64,000 nucleotides of DNA from Chitinophaga pinensis. GTDB taxonomy: Bacteria > Cyanobacteriota > Cyanobacteriia > PCC-6307 > Cyanobiaceae. The notes under the pieces are model-generated. The model worked only from the letters and a program-made list of their open reading frames with translations. It searched no databases and was not told the origin of the DNA. Positions 40,261 to 51,395 of this stretch are shown one piece after another (positions within the stretch are counted from its first letter, which is position 1; the number at the start of each line of letters is the position of its first letter). Position numbers and translations under genes: made by a program. The stretch covers positions 11,259 to 75,258 of the forward strand of contig CALRKO020000010.1 of the NCBI GenBank assembly GCA_943368105.1. The letters are read 5' to 3'.

Positions 40261-40276
40261 TCAGGGAGGTTGATCC

Positions 40277-40816
40277 ATGTCTCGTATTGGTAAAGCGCCG
40301 ATCCCCGTGCCCAGCGCGGTCACCGTCAGCCTCCAGGGGCTCGACGTGACCGTGAAGGGCCCCAAGGGGGAATTGAGCCGCACCCTCCCCGAGGGCGTCG
40401 CCATCGCCCAGGACGGCAACACCCTGGTGGTGAGCCCCGTCAACACCAGCCGCCGCTCCCGTGAGCGCCACGGCCTCTGCCGCACCCTCGTCGCCAACAT
40501 GGTCGAGGGCGTCAGCCAGGGCTACACCCGCAAGCTCGAGATCGTCGGCGTGGGCTACCGCGCCGCCGTCCAGGGCACGAAGCTGGTGGTCAGCGCCGGC
40601 TACAGCCACCAGGTGGAGCTGGAGCCCCCCGCGGGCATCACCTTCGCCGTCGACGGCAACACCACGGTGCTGGTGTCCGGCGCCGACAAGGAGGTGGTGG
40701 GCAACGAAGCCGCCAAGGTGCGCGCCATCCGTCCGCCTGAGCCCTACAAGGGCAAGGGCATCAAGTACGAGGGCGAACGCATCCTGCGCAAGGCCGGTAA
40801 GACCGGTAAGAAATGA
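40277..40816 (+). CDS. rplF: 50S ribosomal protein L6
   Basis: [24 protein letters not shown]. Confidence 0.99.
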   Translation: MSRIGKAPIPVPSAVTVSLQGLDVTVKGPKGELSRTLPEGVAIAQDGNTLVVSPVNTSRRSRERHGLCRTLVANMVEGVSQGYTRKLEIVGVGYRAAVQGTKLVVSAGYSHQVELEPPAGITFAVDGNTTVLVSGADKEVVGNEAAKVRAIRPPEPYKGKGIKYEGERILRKAGKTGKK

Positions 40817-40848
40817 GGTCTGCCTGAGCGTCGTTACCCAGTACCCCC

Positions 40849-41214
40849 ATGTCGTCCCTTTCCCGCAAACAGCAGACCCAGAAGCGGCACCGCCGCCTGC
40901 GTCGCCATCTGGCCGGCACCGCGGTTCGCCCGCGCCTGGCCGTGTTCCGCTCCAACAATCACATCTACGCCCAGGTCATCGACGACGCGGCCCAGAGCAC
41001 CCTCTGCTCCGCCTCGACCGTCGACAAGGAGCTCCGCACCAGCGTCACCCTCGGCTCCAACTGCGACGCCTCCGTCGCCGTGGGCCAGCTGGTGGCCCAG
41101 CGGGCCCTCGCCAAGGGCATCCAGCAGGTGGTCTTCGATCGCGGCGGCAACCTGTACCACGGCCGGGTCAAGGCCCTGGCTGATGCCGCCCGGGAAGCGG
41201 GCCTTCAGTTCTGA
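40849..41214 (+). CDS. rplR: 50S ribosomal protein L18
   Basis: [28 protein letters not shown]. Confidence 0.99.
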   Translation: MSSLSRKQQTQKRHRRLRRHLAGTAVRPRLAVFRSNNHIYAQVIDDAAQSTLCSASTVDKELRTSVTLGSNCDASVAVGQLVAQRALAKGIQQVVFDRGGNLYHGRVKALADAAREAGLQF

Positions 41215-41228
41215 TCCCTGCTCTCACC

Positions 41229-41879
41229 ATGACGGAAACCAACGATCAAGTTCAGTCCAGCGCGGTGCCCGCCGCCGCCGACGTGCCCGCCGCGGCCGAG
41301 GGCCAGCAGGAGCGCCGTGGCGGCCGCGGTGACGGCAGCAGGGGTGGCGACCGCAAGGGCGGTCGGGGCCGCGACAACCGCCGCGGCCAGGAGCGCGACT
41401 CCGAGTGGCAGGAGCGCGTGGTGCAGATCCGCCGGGTCTCCAAGACCGTCAAGGGCGGCAAGAAGATGAGCTTCCGGGCCATCGTCGTCGTCGGCAACGA
41501 GAAGGGCCAGGTGGGCGTGGGCGTCGGCAAGGCCGGCGATGTGATCGGTGCCGTCCGCAAGGGCGTGGCCGATGGCAAGAAGCATCTGGTCAAGGTGCCC
41601 CTCACCCGCCACTCCTCGATCCCCACCCTCGGCAACGGCCGCGATGGCGCCGCCAGCGTGCTGATCCGCCCGGCCGCCCCGGGTACCGGGGTGATCGCCG
41701 GTGGTTCGATCCGCACGGTGCTGGAGCTCGCCGGCATCAAGAACGTGCTGGCCAAGCGCCTGGGCTCCAAGACCCCCCTCAACAACGCCCGGGCCGCCGT
41801 GGACGCCCTCAACGGCCTGCGCACCCACAAGGAGACCGCCAAGGAGCGGGGCATCTCCCTCGAGCAGATCTACTCCTGA
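41229..41879 (+). CDS. rpsE: 30S ribosomal protein S5 (RG-rich N-terminal extension)
   Basis: [22 protein letters not shown]. Confidence 0.99.
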   Translation: MTETNDQVQSSAVPAAADVPAAAEGQQERRGGRGDGSRGGDRKGGRGRDNRRGQERDSEWQERVVQIRRVSKTVKGGKKMSFRAIVVVGNEKGQVGVGVGKAGDVIGAVRKGVADGKKHLVKVPLTRHSSIPTLGNGRDGAASVLIRPAAPGTGVIAGGSIRTVLELAGIKNVLAKRLGSKTPLNNARAAVDALNGLRTHKETAKERGISLEQIYS

Positions 41880-41887
41880 GGCCCGCC

Positions 41888-42340
41888 ATGACATCGCTCA
41901 ATCTCCAGTCCCTCCAGCCCCAGACCGGTGCCCGGCGCCGCAAGCTGCGCAAGGGCCGCGGCATCGCCGCCGGCCAGGGCGCCAGCTGCGGTTTCGGCAT
42001 GCGCGGCCAGAAGTCGCGCTCGGGCCGGCCCACCCGCCCGGGCTTCGAGGGCGGCCAGATGCCCCTCTACCGCCGGGTGCCGAAGCTCAAGCACTTCACC
42101 GTGGTCAACCCGACCCACTACACGGTGATCAACGTGGGCAAGCTCGCCGGCCTGGCGGCCGGCAGCACCGTCACCATCGACTCCCTGGCCAAGGAGGGCC
42201 TGGTCACCAGCCCCAAGCATCCCCTCAAGGTGCTGGGCAATGGTGAACTGTCCGTGAAGCTCACGGTGCAGGCGGCTGCCTTCACCGCCAGCGCCCGCGC
42301 CAAGATCGAGGCCGCCGGCGGCAGCGCCGAAGAGATCTGA
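41888..42340 (+). CDS. rplO: 50S ribosomal protein L15
   Basis: [24 protein letters not shown]; ATG 41888. Confidence 0.98.
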   Translation: MTSLNLQSLQPQTGARRRKLRKGRGIAAGQGASCGFGMRGQKSRSGRPTRPGFEGGQMPLYRRVPKLKHFTVVNPTHYTVINVGKLAGLAAGSTVTIDSLAKEGLVTSPKHPLKVLGNGELSVKLTVQAAAFTASARAKIEAAGGSAEEI

Positions 42341-42460
42341 GCCCCGGCTTGATCCCTGCCGTTCTCCAGGCCCCCTAGGGTCAGAGCCGTCTGACGGGGC
42401 CATGGACCCCGCAGGCGGCTTTTCTGTTCCGCGTCCATCCCCCCTCCGCCCGTCTTCGCC

Positions 42461-43780
42461 ATGCTCGTCAGCCGGGGTCGCAACCCCAGTGCCGGAGAAA
42501 TCCTCAGCCAGCTGATCCAGGCCAAGGGCCTGCGCGATCGCGTGCTCATCACCCTGGGCCTGCTGCTGCTGGTGCGCCTGGGGATCTACATCCCCGTGCC
42601 CGGCATCGACCGGGTCGCCTTCCAGGACTTCATCGCCCGCGGCGGCCAGCTGATCGGCTTCCTCGACATCTTCACCGGCGGCGGCATCTCCACCCTGGGG
42701 GTGTTCGGCCTGGGGATCCTGCCGTTCATCAACGCCTCGATCATCCTGCAGCTGCTCACCTCCGCCATCCCCCAGCTGGAGGACCTGCAGAAGAACGAGG
42801 GCGAGGCCGGCCGCCGCAAGATCGCCCAGTACACCCGCTACGTGGCCCTGGGCTGGGGCATCCTCCAGAGCGTGGTGTTCGCCCTGATCCTGCGGCCCTA
42901 CGCCACCGCCGGCACCCCCGACCTGGTGTTCGTGCTCCAGACCGCCGTGGCCCTGGTGACGGGCTCGATGGTGGTGATGTGGATCAGCGAGGTGATCACC
43001 GAGCGGGGCATCGGCCAGGGCGCTTCCCTGGTGATCTTCCTGAACATCGTGGCCACCCTGCCGCGGGCCCTGGGCTCCACCATCGAGCTGGCCCAGAGCG
43101 GTGACCGCAGCACCGTGGGCGGGATCGTGGTGCTGGTGCTGGTGTTCCTGGTCACGATCGTGGGCATCATCTTCGTGCAGGAGGGCAACCGCCGCATCCC
43201 GATCGTGAGCGCCAAGCGCCAGGTGGGCGGCGCCAACCTGCTGGCGGCCCGCCAGAGCTACCTGCCGCTCAAGCTCAACGCCGGCGGCGTGATGCCGATC
43301 ATCTTCGCCTCGGCGGTGGTGTTCCTGCCCCTGACGATCGCCAACATGGCCCGGGCCCCCTGGTTGATCCAGCTGGCTGGCTACCTCAGCCCCAACAGCA
43401 GCACCCCCTGGGTCTACGCGCTGCTGTATTTCGCGCTGATCGTGGGCTTCTCCTTCTTCTACGCCTCGCTCACCGTCAACCCGATCGACATCGCCACCAA
43501 CCTCAAGCGCTCCGGCGTGGCGGTGCCCGGCGTGCGGCCCGGCTCCGCCACGGCCCTCTACCTCTCCAGCGTCCAGAACCGGCTGACGCTGCTGGGGGCC
43601 CTGTTCCTCGGCGCCGTGGCGATCATCCCCTCGGCGGTGGAGTCGGCCACCCAGGTGAAGACCTTCCAGGGCCTGGGGGCCACCTCGCTGCTGATCCTGG
43701 TGGGCGTGGCGATCGACACCGCCAAGCAGGTGCAGACCTACGTGATCTCCCAGCGCTACGAGGGCATGGTGCGCCAGTGA
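42461..43780 (+). CDS. secY: Preprotein translocase subunit SecY
   Basis: LGILPFINASII, ITERGIGQGASL, GVMPIIFAS, VPGVRPG, TSLLILVGV; TAGGGT possible -10 at 42376. Confidence 0.98.
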   Translation: MLVSRGRNPSAGEILSQLIQAKGLRDRVLITLGLLLLVRLGIYIPVPGIDRVAFQDFIARGGQLIGFLDIFTGGGISTLGVFGLGILPFINASIILQLLTSAIPQLEDLQKNEGEAGRRKIAQYTRYVALGWGILQSVVFALILRPYATAGTPDLVFVLQTAVALVTGSMVVMWISEVITERGIGQGASLVIFLNIVATLPRALGSTIELAQSGDRSTVGGIVVLVLVFLVTIVGIIFVQEGNRRIPIVSAKRQVGGANLLAARQSYLPLKLNAGGVMPIIFASAVVFLPLTIANMARAPWLIQLAGYLSPNSSTPWVYALLYFALIVGFSFFYASLTVNPIDIATNLKRSGVAVPGVRPGSATALYLSSVQNRLTLLGALFLGAVAIIPSAVESATQVKTFQGLGATSLLILVGVAIDTAKQVQTYVISQRYEGMVRQ

Positions 43781-43858
43781 GGCCCGCCCTGCCGCCATGG
43801 CCCTGACCCCGCCTCCCCCTCGTTCCGTCCCTCCTCTCCCCACCTCAGCTCCGCACCG

Positions 43859-44419
43859 ATGACGCAACGCCTCCTCTTCCTCGGCCCCCCCGGTGCCGGC
43901 AAGGGCACCCAGGCCCAGCGCCTGGCCGCCGCCCAGGGCCTGCTGCACCTCTCCACCGGTGATCTGCTGCGGGCCGAGGTGCAGGCCGGCAGCGCCCTGG
44001 GCCAGGAGGCCGAGGCCGTGATGGCCCGCGGCGAGCTGGTGAGCGATGCCCTGGTGCTGGCGATCGTGCGCAGCCGCCTGGAGCAGCAGCGGGCGGCCGG
44101 AGGCGGCGGCTGGCTGCTGGACGGCTTCCCCCGCAACCTGGCCCAGGCCGAGGCCCTCGGCCAGCTGCTGGCCGAGCTGGACCAGCCGATCCAGCTGGTG
44201 GTGCTGATGGAGCTGGATGACGCGGTGCTGATCGAGCGCCTGCTCTGCCGCGGCCGCGCCGATGACAACGAGGCGGTGATCCGCCACCGCCTCGCGGTGT
44301 ACCGCGAGCAGACGGCCCCGCTGATCGCCTACTACCGGGAGCGGCAGCTGCTCCAGGCCGTCGAGGCCGCCGGCACGGTGGAGGCGATCGAGGCCCGGAT
44401 CGCCGCCCTGCTCGCCTGA
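43859..44419 (+). CDS. adk: Adenylate kinase (short-lid type)
   Basis: [33 protein letters not shown]. Confidence 0.97.
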   Translation: MTQRLLFLGPPGAGKGTQAQRLAAAQGLLHLSTGDLLRAEVQAGSALGQEAEAVMARGELVSDALVLAIVRSRLEQQRAAGGGGWLLDGFPRNLAQAEALGQLLAELDQPIQLVVLMELDDAVLIERLLCRGRADDNEAVIRHRLAVYREQTAPLIAYYRERQLLQAVEAAGTVEAIEARIAALLA

Positions 44420-44450
44420 TCCGGCCGCCGAGTGCGATTGACCCATGTGG

Positions 44451-44456
44451 TAAGGT
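44451..44456 (+). promoter_or_regulatory. Putative extended -10 (TGG-TAAGGT) for the rpmJ-rpsM-rpsK-rpoA-rplQ unit
   Basis: TGn-TANNNT 31 nt upstream of the rpmJ ATG. Confidence 0.5.
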
Positions 44457-44487
44457 CGTCGTTTGGAAATTCGGAGAGACCGCCCCC

Positions 44488-44601
44488 ATGAAGGTGCGCG
44501 CCTCGGTCAAGAAAATGTGCGACAAGTGCCGGGTGATTCGCCGCCACGGCCGGGTGATGGTCATCTGCACCAACCCCAAGCACAAGCAGCGCCAGGGTTG
44601 A
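44488..44601 (+). CDS. rpmJ: 50S ribosomal protein L36 (zinc-ribbon form)
   Basis: Not in the track; manual translation [37 protein letters not shown]. Confidence 0.99.
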   Translation: MKVRASVKKMCDKCRVIRRHGRVMVICTNPKHKQRQG

Positions 44602-44753
44602 TCCCCGGCTGAGCCTTGTCCGCCGGTCCGGCACTGCCGGGCCATCCCCGGGAGCTGGGCCCTTGGCCCGCTCCCCCGCCCCCGAGCCCTTCGGGAGCGC
44701 CCCCTGAGCCCAACCCCGTTGGCCTCCCCTCTGCCCACCCGATCGTTTTTTTC

Positions 44754-45119
44754 GTGGCTCGGATTGCCGGTGTCGACATTCCTCGTGACAAGAGGATCGA
44801 GATTGCTCTCACCTATGTGTATGGGATCGGCCTGACCCGGGCCAAGAAGATCCTCGCCAAGACCGGCGTCAACCCCGACACCCGCGTCAAGGACCTCGAC
44901 GACGCCGACGTGCAGAAGCTGCGCGGCGCCGCCGAGTCCTTCACCCTCGAGGGTGACCTGCGCCGCCAGGAGGGCATGGCCCTCAAGCGTCTGCAGGATA
45001 TCGGCTGCGTGCGCGGCCGCCGCCACCGCGCCGGTCTGCCCGTGCGCGGTCAGCGCACCCGCACCAACGCCCGCACCCGCCGCGGCGCCCGCAAGACCGT
45101 GGCCGGCAAGAAGAAGTAA
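44754..45119 (+). CDS. rpsM: 30S ribosomal protein S13
   Basis: GTG start; [28 protein letters not shown]. Confidence 0.99.
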   Translation: MARIAGVDIPRDKRIEIALTYVYGIGLTRAKKILAKTGVNPDTRVKDLDDADVQKLRGAAESFTLEGDLRRQEGMALKRLQDIGCVRGRRHRAGLPVRGQRTRTNARTRRGARKTVAGKKK

Positions 45120-45236
45120 GTCCTTCCGCCGTCCCCTTCGCCCTGCCGATCCAGTGCCCCAGCGGCACCGGGCGTCACCAGGGCGATTCCCCTGTCAGTC
45201 CCCCGATCACCTCCCTGCCCCCGCAGGGCCTTTCCC

Positions 45237-45629
45237 ATGGCCAAGCCCGCCAAGAAATCCGGCGCCAAGAAGACGAAGCGCAATGTGCCCAACGGTGTGG
45301 CGCACATCCAGAGCACCTTCAACAACACGATCGTCTCGATCACCGACACCGCCGGCGAGGTGATCTCCTGGTCGTCCGCCGGGGCCAGCGGCTTCAAGGG
45401 CGCCCGCAAGGGCACCCCCTTCGCCGCCCAGACCGCCGCCGAGGCGGCCGCCCGCCGGGCCCTCGAGCAGGGCATGCGCCAGATCGAAGTGCTGGTGCGC
45501 GGCCCCGGCTCCGGCCGTGAAACCGCCATCCGCGCCCTGCAGGTGGCCGGCCTGGAGATCACCCTGATCCGCGACGTCACCCCGCTGCCCCACAACGGCT
45601 GCCGCCGCGCCAAGCGTCGCCGGGTCTGA
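45237..45629 (+). CDS. rpsK: 30S ribosomal protein S11
   Basis: [29 protein letters not shown]. Confidence 0.99.
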   Translation: MAKPAKKSGAKKTKRNVPNGVAHIQSTFNNTIVSITDTAGEVISWSSAGASGFKGARKGTPFAAQTAAEAAARRALEQGMRQIEVLVRGPGSGRETAIRALQVAGLEITLIRDVTPLPHNGCRRAKRRRV

Positions 45630-45703
45630 TCCGACGCCCCGCGCCCAGCGCACCGCGGCCCATCCCCAGCCGGGCCCTATCCATACTTTCCGAGCTTCAG
45701 ACC

Positions 45704-46642
45704 GTGCTGCAGTACCAGATCGATCGGGTCGAGCATCAGATCGCCGACGACCGCTCCCAGACGGGCGTCTTCGTGATCGGGCCCCTGGAGAGGGGCCAGG
45801 CCATCACCCTCGGCAATTCCCTGCGTCGCGTGTTGATGGGAGCCCTGGAGGGCAGTGCCATCACCGCCGTGCGCATCGCCGGCGTCAACCATGAGTACGC
45901 CACCGTGCCCGGGGTGCGGGAGGACGTGCTCGACATCCTGCTGAACTGCAAGGACGTCACCGTCCACAGCCGCAGCCGCGAGCTGGAGATCGGCCGCCTG
46001 GTGGTCAACGGCCCCGCCACGGTGACGGCCAGCGACCTGCAGTTCTCCTCCCAGGTGCAGGTGATCGACCCCGAGCGGCCGATCGCCACCATTGCCGAGG
46101 GCCACAGCCTGGAGCTGGAGGTGCACGTGGAGCGGGGCGTCGGCTACCGGCCGGTGGACCGCCGCCACGAGGACAGCAGCGCCATCGACCTGCTGCAGAT
46201 CGATGCAGTGTTCATGCCCGTGCGCCGCGCCAACTACACGGTGGATGAGACCGCCGTGGGCGAGGGCGGCTCCGCCCGCGAGCGGCTGCGGCTGGAGATC
46301 CAGACCGACGGCTCCGTCACCCCCGACGACGCCATGGCCCAGGCGGCGAACCAGCTGATCGCCCTGTTCCAGCCCCTGGCCAGCCTGACCGTGGCCGATG
46401 AGCCCGGCCTGGAGCCGGAGCCCTCCGCCGAGGCCCAGATCCCCCTGGAGGAGCTGAACCTGTCGGTGCGTGCCTACAACTGCCTCAAGCGGGCCCAGGT
46501 CAACTCCGTGTCCGACCTGATGGGCTTCAGCTACGAGGATCTGCTGGAGATCAAGAACTTCGGTTCCAAGTCGGCCGACGAGGTGATCGAAGCCCTCGAG
46601 CGCATCGGCATCTCCCTGCCCCAGAGCCGCACCAGCGCCTGA
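45704..46642 (+). CDS. rpoA: RNA polymerase alpha subunit
   Basis: [46 protein letters not shown]. Confidence 0.99.
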   Translation: MLQYQIDRVEHQIADDRSQTGVFVIGPLERGQAITLGNSLRRVLMGALEGSAITAVRIAGVNHEYATVPGVREDVLDILLNCKDVTVHSRSRELEIGRLVVNGPATVTASDLQFSSQVQVIDPERPIATIAEGHSLELEVHVERGVGYRPVDRRHEDSSAIDLLQIDAVFMPVRRANYTVDETAVGEGGSARERLRLEIQTDGSVTPDDAMAQAANQLIALFQPLASLTVADEPGLEPEPSAEAQIPLEELNLSVRAYNCLKRAQVNSVSDLMGFSYEDLLEIKNFGSKSADEVIEALERIGISLPQSRTSA

Positions 46643-46691
46643 TCGCGCCCCCGCCCCGCGCCCTCCCCCACCGCCTCACCGCTTTCCTCCC

Positions 46692-47042
46692 ATGCGCCAC
46701 CAGTGCCGAGTCCCCCTGCTGGGACGCCCCGCCGACCAACGCAAGGCCCTGCTGCGGGGTCTGACCACCCAGCTGATCCGCGAGGGTCGCGTCACCACCA
46801 CCAAGGCCCGCGCCAAGGCCCTGCGGGACGAGGCTGAGCGGATGATCTCCCTGGCCAAGGAGGGCAGCCTGGCGGCCCGCCGCCGCGCCATCGGCTACAT
46901 CTACGACAAGCAGCTGGTGCACGCCCTGTTCGACAAGGCCCAGGAGCGCTACGGCGACCGCAACGGCGGCTACACCCGCATCATCCGCACGGTGCCCCGC
47001 CGCGGCGACAACGCCGAGATGGCCATCATCGAGCTGGTCTGA
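46692..47042 (+). CDS. rplQ: 50S ribosomal protein L17
   Basis: [32 protein letters not shown]. Confidence 0.99.
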   Translation: MRHQCRVPLLGRPADQRKALLRGLTTQLIREGRVTTTKARAKALRDEAERMISLAKEGSLAARRRAIGYIYDKQLVHALFDKAQERYGDRNGGYTRIIRTVPRRGDNAEMAIIELV

Positions 47043-47093
47043 CGGCGCCGGCAGCCCGTCCCCCGGGCGCCCGTCTCCGTCCGTTCGCCCGCG

Positions 47094-47128
47094 CCGCGGC
47101 GGTCCCCCCTGGGGACTCCCGCGGTTTT
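47094..47128 (+). terminator. Probable terminator after rplQ
   Basis: ccgcgg..gtcccc-cct-ggggac..ccgcgg followed by tttt. Confidence 0.55.
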
Positions 47129-47200
47129 GTCGTGGCCAGCTCGGGCCCGCTGCCCTGGCCCTGGCCGTCCGCCGGTCCCTGGCCCCCCGCCCCGCCGCCC

Positions 47201-48094
47201 ATGCCGTCCCCGGTTCCGGCCCCGGCCGCCACGGCCCCTGCGGGCGGCCTCCTGCACCGGGTGGCCCTCTGCCTCCAGTACGACGGCGCCGCCTACTGCG
47301 GCTGGCAGCGCCAGCCCCGCGACCCCAGCGTGCAGGAGACACTGGAGGCCGCCATCGCCCAGCTGGATCCGCAGCGGCCGGTGCTGGCCGTGGCCGCCGG
47401 CCGCACCGACAGCGGCGTCCATGCCGCCGGCCAGGTGGTGCACTTCGATGCGGCCGGCCCGATCCCGGCGGCGCGCTGGGCGGCGGCCCTCAACGGCCGC
47501 CTGCCCGCCAGCATCCGGGTGCGGGCGGCCGCCGCGGTACCGCCCGACTGGCACGCCTGCTTCTCGGCCACCTACCGCCGCTACCGCTACACGCTGCACA
47601 ATGCCCGGGTGCCCAACCTCTTCCTGGCCCCCTGGAGCTGGCACCGCTACCAGGTGCGCCTGGATGAGGCTCTGATGCGCCGGGCCCTGGAGGGCATGCT
47701 GGGCGAGCACGACTTCGCCGCCTTCGAGCGGGCCGGCAGCAGCCGCTCCCACTCGCGCACCACCCTGCAGGAGGTGCACGTGGAGCGCTGCGGCGATGTG
47801 ATCCGCGTGGAACTCCAGGCCAGCGGCTTCCTCTACGGCATGGTGCGGCTGGTGATGGGGCAGCTGGTGGCGCTGGGGGAGGGGCGTCTGGCCCTGGCGG
47901 ACTTCGAGCGGCGCTGGCGCAGCCGGGCCCGCGCCGAGGTGAAGGAGGCGGCGCCGCCCCAGGGCCTCTGCCTGCTGCGGGTGGGCTATCCCCAGCCGGT
48001 GTTCCCCCGCGCCGCCTGGTACGATGGCCAACCGCGGTATTCGCTGGAGTGCTCTGATCCTCCAGCCGCCGGACCGTCCCAGCCACCCGGCTGA
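47201..48094 (+). CDS. truA: tRNA pseudouridine(38-40) synthase
   Basis: [45 protein letters not shown]; start ATG 47201 or GTG 47132. Confidence 0.96.
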   Translation: MPSPVPAPAATAPAGGLLHRVALCLQYDGAAYCGWQRQPRDPSVQETLEAAIAQLDPQRPVLAVAAGRTDSGVHAAGQVVHFDAAGPIPAARWAAALNGRLPASIRVRAAAAVPPDWHACFSATYRRYRYTLHNARVPNLFLAPWSWHRYQVRLDEALMRRALEGMLGEHDFAAFERAGSSRSHSRTTLQEVHVERCGDVIRVELQASGFLYGMVRLVMGQLVALGEGRLALADFERRWRSRARAEVKEAAPPQGLCLLRVGYPQPVFPRAAWYDGQPRYSLECSDPPAAGPSQPPG

Positions 48095-48229
48095 GGCCGC
48101 CGGTGCCGGGAGATCCAGAGCAGCCTGCCCCGGCCGATCGCTGCGGGCGGGGCCTCCCCAGAACCCCGGCCTGGACTGCGTCCCGGCCGGCCTCGTCGTC
48201 CTTCCTCCAGGCGCTTGCCACCGAAGAGG

Positions 48230-48381
48230 TAGGGTCGCTTGACGAGCTTCTGTCACCCGAGCGATCGGGTGCCCCTGCCGTTCCCCTGTCCAGCCCCGTC
48301 GGCCCGGAGCCCGATCCGCCTGGTTTGCCAGTGCAGATCCCTCCAGCCGCGGCGCGCTACCTGATCCGGCCCGCCGGCGCG
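48230..48381 (+). promoter_or_regulatory. Putative -10 (TAGGGT) and structured leader of rplM-rpsI-rpmE
   Basis: TAGGGT at 48230; cacccga-GCGA-tcgggtg GNRA hairpin at 48254-48271. Confidence 0.5.
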
Positions 48382-48834
48382 ATGAACAAGACCCTCGTCC
48401 CCCCCCAGGATCCCGCCTCCCGCCAGTGGTATCTGGTGGATGCGGCGGATCAGACCCTCGGTCGCCTCGCCAGTGAGGTGGCCTCGGTGCTGCGGGGCAA
48501 GAACAACCCCAACTACGCCCCCCACATCGACGCGGGTGACTTCGTCGTGGTGATCAACGCCGACAAGGTGCGGGTGAGCGGCAACAAGAGCACCCAAAAG
48601 GTGTATCGCCGCCACTCCGGCCGCCCCGGCGGCATGAAGACCGAGACCTTCGCCCACCTGCAGGCCCGCCTGCCGGAGCGGATCATCGAGAAGGCCGTCA
48701 AGGGCATGCTTCCCCACAACGCCCTGGGCCGCCAGCTGTTCCGCAAGCTGAAGGTCTACAAGGGTGCCGAGCACCCCCACGCCGCCCAGCAGCCCCAGGC
48801 CCTCGCCCTCGATCCCGCCGCCTCCGCCCAATGA
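48382..48834 (+). CDS. rplM: 50S ribosomal protein L13
   Basis: [34 protein letters not shown]. Confidence 0.99.
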   Translation: MNKTLVPPQDPASRQWYLVDAADQTLGRLASEVASVLRGKNNPNYAPHIDAGDFVVVINADKVRVSGNKSTQKVYRRHSGRPGGMKTETFAHLQARLPERIIEKAVKGMLPHNALGRQLFRKLKVYKGAEHPHAAQQPQALALDPAASAQ

Positions 48835-49232
48835 GCACCAACAAAGTCGTCTACTGGGGAACCGGCCGCCGCAAGACCGCCGTCGCCCGCGTCCGTGTCG
48901 TCCCCGGCACCGGCACCGTGACCATCAACGGTCGCCCCGGTGACAACTACCTGAACTACAACCCCGTCTACCTGGCGGCCGTCAAGGCCCCCCTGCAGAC
49001 CCTGGGGCTGGCCGGCGAGTACGACCTGCTGGTGAACGTGCGCGGCGGTGGCCTCACCGGCCAGGCCGACGCCATCAAGCAGGGCGCCGCCCGGGCCCTG
49101 TGCGACCTGTCGCCCGACAACCGCAAGCCCCTCAAGACCGAGGGGCACCTCAGCCGCGACCCGCGCGCCAAGGAGCGCCGCAAGTACGGCCTGAAGAAAG
49201 CCCGCAAAGCTCCCCAGTTCTCCAAGCGCTGA
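48831..49232 (+). CDS. rpsI: 30S ribosomal protein S9
   Basis: [38 protein letters not shown]. Confidence 0.99.
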   Translation: MSTNKVVYWGTGRRKTAVARVRVVPGTGTVTINGRPGDNYLNYNPVYLAAVKAPLQTLGLAGEYDLLVNVRGGGLTGQADAIKQGAARALCDLSPDNRKPLKTEGHLSRDPRAKERRKYGLKKARKAPQFSKR

Positions 49233-49279
49233 TCGCCGGCCTGCGCCGCCCTCAGCCCCCCATTCAGCCGTACCCCGCC

Positions 49280-49543
49280 ATGCCGAAGGCCGACATCCAT
49301 CCCACCTGGTATCCCGATGCCAAGGTGATCTGCAACGGAGAGGTGGTGATGACCACCGGCTCCACCAGCCCCGAGCTCCACGTGGATGTGTGGAGCGGCA
49401 ACCACCCCTTCTACACCGGCACCCAGAAGATCCTGGACACCGAGGGTCGGGTGGACCGCTTCATGCGCAAGTACGGCATGGCCGGTGCCAGCGATGCCAA
49501 GGCCGCCGAAGCGAAGACGGACGGGGCCAAGGTCGAGGCCTGA
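49280..49543 (+). CDS. rpmE: 50S ribosomal protein L31 (lacks the CxxC zinc motifs)
   Basis: MPKADIHP, DVWSGNHPFYTG, EGRVDRF. Confidence 0.98.
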   Translation: MPKADIHPTWYPDAKVICNGEVVMTTGSTSPELHVDVWSGNHPFYTGTQKILDTEGRVDRFMRKYGMAGASDAKAAEAKTDGAKVEA

Positions 49544-49561
49544 TCGCCGCTGCGGGTCGTC

Positions 49562-49591
49562 AGCCGGGTGCCTGCGGGCATCCGGCTTTTT
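49562..49591 (+). terminator. Rho-independent terminator after rpmE
   Basis: agccgggtgcc-tgcg-ggcatccggct 11-bp stem (one G-U) followed by a T tract. Confidence 0.85.
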
Positions 49592-49642
49592 GCTGGCCGC
49601 CCGGCCGGGCCCCTCGTCCCTCCGCCCCTCCCCCGCACCGCC

Positions 49643-50749
49643 ATGGACGCCACCTTCCTGAGCGAACGGCTGGAGACCGCCCGCCGCACCTTCGACACCC
49701 TCGAACGCCAGCTGGCCGATCCCTCGGTGGCGGCCGACCCCGCCCAGCTGGAGCCGATCGCCCGGGAGCGGGCCCGGCTGGAGCCCCTGGTGCTCGGCTA
49801 CCGCGACCTGCAGGAGCTGCAGCGCCAGGAGCTCCAGGTGCGCCAGCTGCTGCGTGACCACCGCGGCGACCCCGAGATGGAGGCCCTGGCCCAGGCGGAG
49901 CTGGCGGAGCTGGCGGAGCGCACGGCGGCCCTCACCGGCCAGCTCACCCTGGCCCTGCTGCCCCGCGATCCCCGCGACGAGCGCAGCGTGATGCTGGAGA
50001 TCCGCGCCGGTGCCGGCGGCGACGAGGCCGCCCTCTGGGCCGGTGACCTGGCCCGCATGTACGAGCGCTATGCCCAGAGCGTGGGCTGGAGGGTGCAGCC
50101 CGTGAGTGCCTCGGAGGCCGAGCTGGGCGGCTACAAGGAGCTGATCCTGGCGATCCGGGGCGAGGGCGTCTACAGCCAGCTGAAGTACGAGGCGGGCGTG
50201 CACCGGGTGCAGCGGGTGCCCGCCACCGAATCCCAGGGTCGGGTGCACACCTCCACGGCCACGGTGGCGGTGATGCCGGAGGCCGATCCGGTGGAGGTGC
50301 AGATCGATCCCACCGACCTGGAGATCAGCACCGCCCGCTCCGGCGGCGCCGGCGGCCAGAACGTCAACAAGGTGGAGACGGCGGTGGACCTGCTGCACAG
50401 GCCCACCGGCATCCGCGTGTTCTGCACCCAGGAGCGCTCCCAGCTCCAGAACCGGGAGCGGGCCCTGGAGATCCTGCGGGCCAAGCTCTACGAGCGGGAG
50501 CTGGCGGCGGCCCAGGCCCAGCAGCGCTCGGCCCGCCTGGCCCAGGTGGGCAGCGGCGACCGCAGCGAGAAGATCCGCACCTACAACGTCAAGGACAACC
50601 GCACCACCGACCACCGCCTGGGGCGCAACTTCTCCCTGGAGCCGGTGCTGCAGGGGCAGCTGGCGGAGCTGATCGGGGCCTGCGTGGCGGCGGACCAGCG
50701 GCGCCAGCTGGAGGAGCTGGCCGCCCAGGCCACCGGCACCGTCGGCTGA
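49643..50749 (+). CDS. prfA: Peptide chain release factor 1
   Basis: [20 protein letters not shown] (PAT), [17 protein letters not shown]. Confidence 0.98.
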   Translation: MDATFLSERLETARRTFDTLERQLADPSVAADPAQLEPIARERARLEPLVLGYRDLQELQRQELQVRQLLRDHRGDPEMEALAQAELAELAERTAALTGQLTLALLPRDPRDERSVMLEIRAGAGGDEAALWAGDLARMYERYAQSVGWRVQPVSASEAELGGYKELILAIRGEGVYSQLKYEAGVHRVQRVPATESQGRVHTSTATVAVMPEADPVEVQIDPTDLEISTARSGGAGGQNVNKVETAVDLLHRPTGIRVFCTQERSQLQNRERALEILRAKLYERELAAAQAQQRSARLAQVGSGDRSEKIRTYNVKDNRTTDHRLGRNFSLEPVLQGQLAELIGACVAADQRRQLEELAAQATGTVG

Positions 50750-50816
50750 CCGGTCCGGCCCCGACCCGCAGGAGCGGCGTTCCGGGCGGCCCCGGCTCCC
50801 TGCCGCCCCCGGCGGC

Positions 50817-51320
50817 TCAGGCCGCCCCGAGCATGTACTTGGCCCACTCCCGGTGCTGGCCCGCCACCATCTGGCGGGTGGCCTCGAACACCAGGCTGCT
50901 GCTGGGGCGGTGCGGCGCGCAGGCCAGCACCATGCCCGCCTCCCGCGGGGTACGGCTGCCCTTGTGCACGTTGCAGCGCAGGCAGGCCGTGGTCACGTTC
51001 TCCCACACGTCGCCGCCGCCGCGGCTGCGGGGCATCACGTGGTCGATCGAGAGGGGCTCGCCGCTGCGGCCGCAGTACTGGCAGCGGTGGCCGTCGCGGT
51101 GGAAGACGTTGCGGCGGGTGAGCGGCAGCGGCCGGTAGGGCACCCGCACGAACTGGCGCAGCCGGATCACCGAGGGCTGGCGCAGGCCCGGGCGCAGCTG
51201 GCGGTTCGGGTGGTGCTCCAGGCCCTCGGCCTTGCCCTTGAGCAGCATCACCGTGGCCCGGCGCCAGGTGGTGATGTTCAGGGGCTCGTAGGACGCATTC
51301 AGAACGAGAACGTGGCCCAT
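50817..51320 (-). CDS. HNH endonuclease with two CxxC motifs and a PLMP-like N-terminus
   Basis: VLVLNASYEPL...RRA..LLKGKA; CQYCG...IDHVMPRSRGG...WENVTTACLRCNVHKG; TAGCAT -10 at 51348-51343. Confidence 0.88.
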   Translation of the reverse strand: MGHVLVLNASYEPLNITTWRRATVMLLKGKAEGLEHHPNRQLRPGLRQPSVIRLRQFVRVPYRPLPLTRRNVFHRDGHRCQYCGRSGEPLSIDHVMPRSRGGGDVWENVTTACLRCNVHKGSRTPREAGMVLACAPHRPSSSLVFEATRQMVAGQHREWAKYMLGAA

Positions 51321-51395
51321 GCCAGCTCCCTGGTTCCACGGCATGCTATCGGGGTCGTGCTGGCCTGTCGGCCCCCTGACCGCCCGCCCGTCCGG

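Noticed and set aside
36083-41887. Missing rpsJ, rpsN, rpmD and rpsD in the ribosomal supercluster
   Set aside because: This is normal for cyanobacteria: these genes lie elsewhere, or rpmD is absent.
50750-51395. Cis-encoded omega-RNA or IS200/605 ends beside the HNH gene
   Set aside because: The flanking spacers (67 and 75 bp) are too short and show no convincing subterminal hairpins.
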